From: Methanocorpusculum sp.
GTDB taxonomy: Archaea; Halobacteriota; Methanomicrobia; Methanomicrobiales; Methanocorpusculaceae
DNA: 24,000 bases
Assembly: GCA_017399555.1 (NCBI GenBank)
Contig: JAFQBW010000001.1
Coordinates: 45,960 to 69,959, forward strand
Reading direction: 5' to 3'
The position numbers and the translations under genes were made by a program. Shown piece by piece: positions 23,620 through 24,000 of the stretch (positions within the stretch are counted from its first letter, which is position 1; each line of letters begins with the position of its first letter). The notes below the pieces were generated by a model. That model did not search any database. It saw only the letters and a program-made list of their open reading frames with translations, and was not told the origin of the DNA.

Positions 23620-24000
23620 TCATGGAGAGTTAATCACTCTCCATTCAAGCCTTCTAAGGTTTCCAAAGTTCACTAAAAGCCCATCAGACATCCCTGTCGA
23701 TTTCAGATAACTCTCAACCTGCCTCTCGTGAATCTTCGCGAGGTTCGACACTGCCTTCAACTCCACCAGAACCGCATCATTCACAATCATATCCGCGACA
23801 AACGGCGCATCCAGAAGCTCCCCCTTGTAATACACCGGAAGCTTCACCTGACGCCGAACCGCAAAGCCTTCTGCCGTCAGTTCCTTTTCCAACGCCTTCT
23901 CGTACACTGATTCCAGATAACCGGGCTTCAAGTGATTGTACACCGCAAGGGCGCATCCAACAATTCTGTACATATCCGAGTTAACATCTAACTTATTCAT
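23620..24000 (-). CDS. GxxExxY-family protein (PD-(D/E)xK nuclease-like fold), paralog 2
   Basis: GYLESVYE signature and ADMIVNDAVLVELKAV motif. It is collinear with the 21984-22361 product over its full length (MNKLDVNSD... / ...WRVINSP). The start codon sits on the last three bases of the window, so an upstream extension cannot be excluded. Confidence 0.85.
   Translation of the reverse strand: MNKLDVNSDMYRIVGCALAVYNHLKPGYLESVYEKALEKELTAEGFAVRRQVKLPVYYKGELLDAPFVADMIVNDAVLVELKAVSNLAKIHERQVESYLKSTGMSDGLLVNFGNLRRLEWRVINSP

Noticed and set aside
20157-24000. Integron-like cassette array (genes separated by imperfect palindromic repeats)
   Set aside because: No integrase or attI lies in the window. 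The genes are in mixed orientation. The repeats do not show a clear attC-type R''-L''/L'-R' symmetry. This is kept only as a remote possibility under the repeat-network finding.

Overview
The gene content indicates an archaeal chromosome segment, almost certainly from a methanogen. Supporting genes are DGGGP synthase, the proteasome-activating nucleotidase PAN with a C-terminal HbYX motif, archaeal Trm1, ADP-forming acetyl-CoA synthetase, an iron-sulfur flavoprotein and a methanopterin-linked DUF447/CitG-like cluster. Methanomicrobiales, for example a Methanocorpusculum-like organism, is a guess only. Positions 1-20150 hold mostly ordinary housekeeping genes: a HAD hydrolase, modABC, thiC, an amidohydrolase, an Isf-bactofilin-DGGGPS gene string, tRNA-Arg(CCU) directly abutting trm1, acd, pheA, a YkgJ-type Cys protein, the DUF447/CitG-like/Dus-like trio, pan, an RHH protein and a CBS-DHH pyrophosphatase. 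Three structural oddities sit within this core. thiC is bracketed by two direct copies of a ~235-bp long-hairpin MITE-like element. The last ~140 bp of trm1 is duplicated 70 bp downstream, and all 7 differences fall at third codon positions. A perfect 24-bp palindrome lies upstream of acd. Positions 20150-24000 look accessory. They contain a 213-aa protein whose sequence tracks the C3-exoenzyme (R-S-E) ADP-ribosyltransferase motif order from end to end. A Shine-Dalgarno-preceded 51-codon ORF follows it. The pair is bracketed by ~116-bp direct repeats at ~95% identity that belong to a wider network of GC-rich intergenic repeats. Next come two convergent GxxExxY (PD-(D/E)xK) paralogs flanking a lipoprotein built from three lipocalin-like repeats. 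The ART plus mini-ORF cassette is my best candidate for an undescribed toxin/immunity or defence-type module. Every family assignment comes from reading motifs by eye, and no database search was run.
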